DNA of 64,000 bases, from assembly GCA_964252035.1 (NCBI GenBank), contig OZ176201.1; one strand, 5' to 3'. The DNA is from Podarcis erhardii (Eukaryota). Below are positions 62,234 through 64,000 of this stretch, in pieces. Positions within the stretch are counted from its first letter, which is position 1; each line of letters opens with the position of its first letter. A model generated the notes under the pieces. It was given only the letters and a program-made list of their open reading frames with translations. It did not search any database and was not told the origin of the DNA. The position numbers and the translations under genes are program-made.

Positions 62234-62675
62234 CCGCATTTTTCGCTCTATAAGACGCACCCGACCATAAGACGCCCCTAGTTTTAGAGGAGGAGAACAA
62301 GACAAAAAATATTCTCTCCCCCGCTGCGCAGAGCCCCTTCAGCAAAGCGGCAGGAGAAGCGGAGCCCCTTCCATTTCTCCTCCCGCTTCGCTGAAGGGAG
62401 GCTGCGCAGAGAGGGAAAGCTGCGCAGCGCCTCTCCAGCGAAGCGAAGCCAGGAGAGCAAGAGGGATTGATGCGCACCGACCCCTCTTGCTCTCCTGGCT
62501 TCAGCGAAAGCAACGCGAAGCCTCCGGAGCGCAGCAGGAGCTCCCACTGAGCTCCAGAGGCTTCGCATTGCTTTCGCTGAAGCCATGGAGCCTGCATTCA
62601 CTCCATAAGACGCACACATATTTCCCCTTACTTTTTAGGAGGGGAAAAGTGTGCCTTATAGAGCAAAAAATACGG
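62234..62675. mobile_element. Tc1/mariner (pogo-like) MITE, 442 bp
   Basis: TIRs ccgcatttttcgctctataag / cttatagagcaaaaaatacgg, a TA TSD, and a GC-rich hairpin interior. Confidence 0.93.
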
Positions 62676-64000
62676 TATTTTCTTGTTTTCTGGCATTTAG
62701 TATTTAGCACTTTGCAGTAGTACAGGTATAGTACTACTTGTTAGCTTTGACTGGGGGGGCAGGGGGGAAGCCAGGTGCTCCATCAATACAAGTGTATTGC
62801 GGTTTCATGGACACCCCCCCCCACACAAAAGGTGCACAATAGAAGCTGAAAATGAACATGCTAACACAACTCATAGCAGGGCTATGAGGAACCTGTACAT
62901 GCTGGAGTTTATTTTATGTTCTTTCTTGACTTTGGAGCAAATAATCTTAGTCTGTGGGGAGCTGAAATGCTTTTGACTGCAGTCCTTTGTACACTTACTT
63001 GGGGGTTCTGAGTGGGTCTTTCTTTTGAGTAAACATGCCACAGGTGAGGCTGTTAAGCTACCAGCAGTAGCTCTTCACGCACCCCTTTCCATTGTCCGTC
63101 CAAACAAGCAAGAGCCATTATCAGATCTCAAGGACACATTCCATCCAGGCAAAAGCACTCGGGTGCAAGGCTGGGCCAGTGAGGGATCTGGCTTGAGGAG
63201 AATTCCCAGAACTAGATAATGCTCTGAGGAAAATTATTTTCTTATGCCTCCTTTGGTTTGCTGTTATGGGAATGATTCAGTTTTTATTGTTGGAAATTAT
63301 TTAGCTCTTGTAAAGTCACTCTGTTAGTGGGAGCAGCAGCATGTTCCTTCCTCCTGGAATAACTTGACCTGCATGACTTGGAAGCTGAACGTCCATTTCC
63401 TTACCCTTTTGTTTGGGTCCAGGTTTTGATTTTGTTTTTTTTAATGCTGCTTCCGGAGAAGTTTTTAAGGGGGCGGGGGGCGGGAAAGAACTGGCAGGAT
63501 GGTTTCGTAATTACGTAAGACCGTTCTCCTCTTGCTGCATTGTAGCTGAACGTGTGCGAGTAACTCAAGGAAGGAGCCACTAATTTGATCGGGATTACAC
63601 TGGATTTACATGTATGATCAGTGCAAGTTAGGAAGGGTGTGCAGAGTTTGGTCTGTCAAAAACAGGAAGCAACCTCAGCCGTTTTGGGTGTGTTCCCAAG
63701 ATCTCTTGATATGGATTTGGTTGCTCTTAACACACGCTATTCTCTCCCCCCTGTTCAGGGCAACTAAAAGACTGGCGTTGTTGAGATGTGTATCTCAAGT
63801 GTGTTTCTGAGCAGTGAGCCCTCTTTATCTTCCAAACCAGCCTTTGAAATGAATTCACTTACCTTCATACCGAATCCGTTTATTGGTTAAATATTGGTTT
63901 CTCTGGAAATGCTAAAAAGAAATCAGTCCAGCCACAGTTTTGCTGTTTTATGTCCTGTTACTCTTTTAATTTACACCTCTCCCACTGAGAGCAGTGTGAC

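Overview
Vertebrate genomic DNA, almost certainly from a squamate reptile. A lacertid-type lizard is likely, judging from the Sauria-SINE copies, the tRNA-CR1 SINEs and the MITE families. Three genes lie head-to-tail on the + strand in the same order as human 5q31. (1) The last nine coding exons of ACSL6 (1605-14764). (2) An essentially complete MEIKIN (ATG 28765, stop 45858); the 13 exons I can chain in frame give about 394 aa. (3) The CpG-island promoter and first coding exon of FNIP1 (54127-54221), followed by its intron 1. The rest is intronic or intergenic, with SINEs, CR1/L2/RTE fragments, solo LTRs and hAT and Tc1/mariner MITEs, several with intact target-site duplications. The most notable observation concerns the MEIKIN segment that aligns without gaps to the human PLK1 polo-box docking region (LLTSTP). 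Here it reads LLTSAA, has poor splice sites, and is interrupted by a 209-bp CR1 3' fragment that introduces an in-frame stop. Because it is a phase-0/phase-0 exon it could be skipped cleanly. All protein homology was judged from remembered reference sequences, not from database searches. Nearly all ORFs in the six-frame track are spurious.
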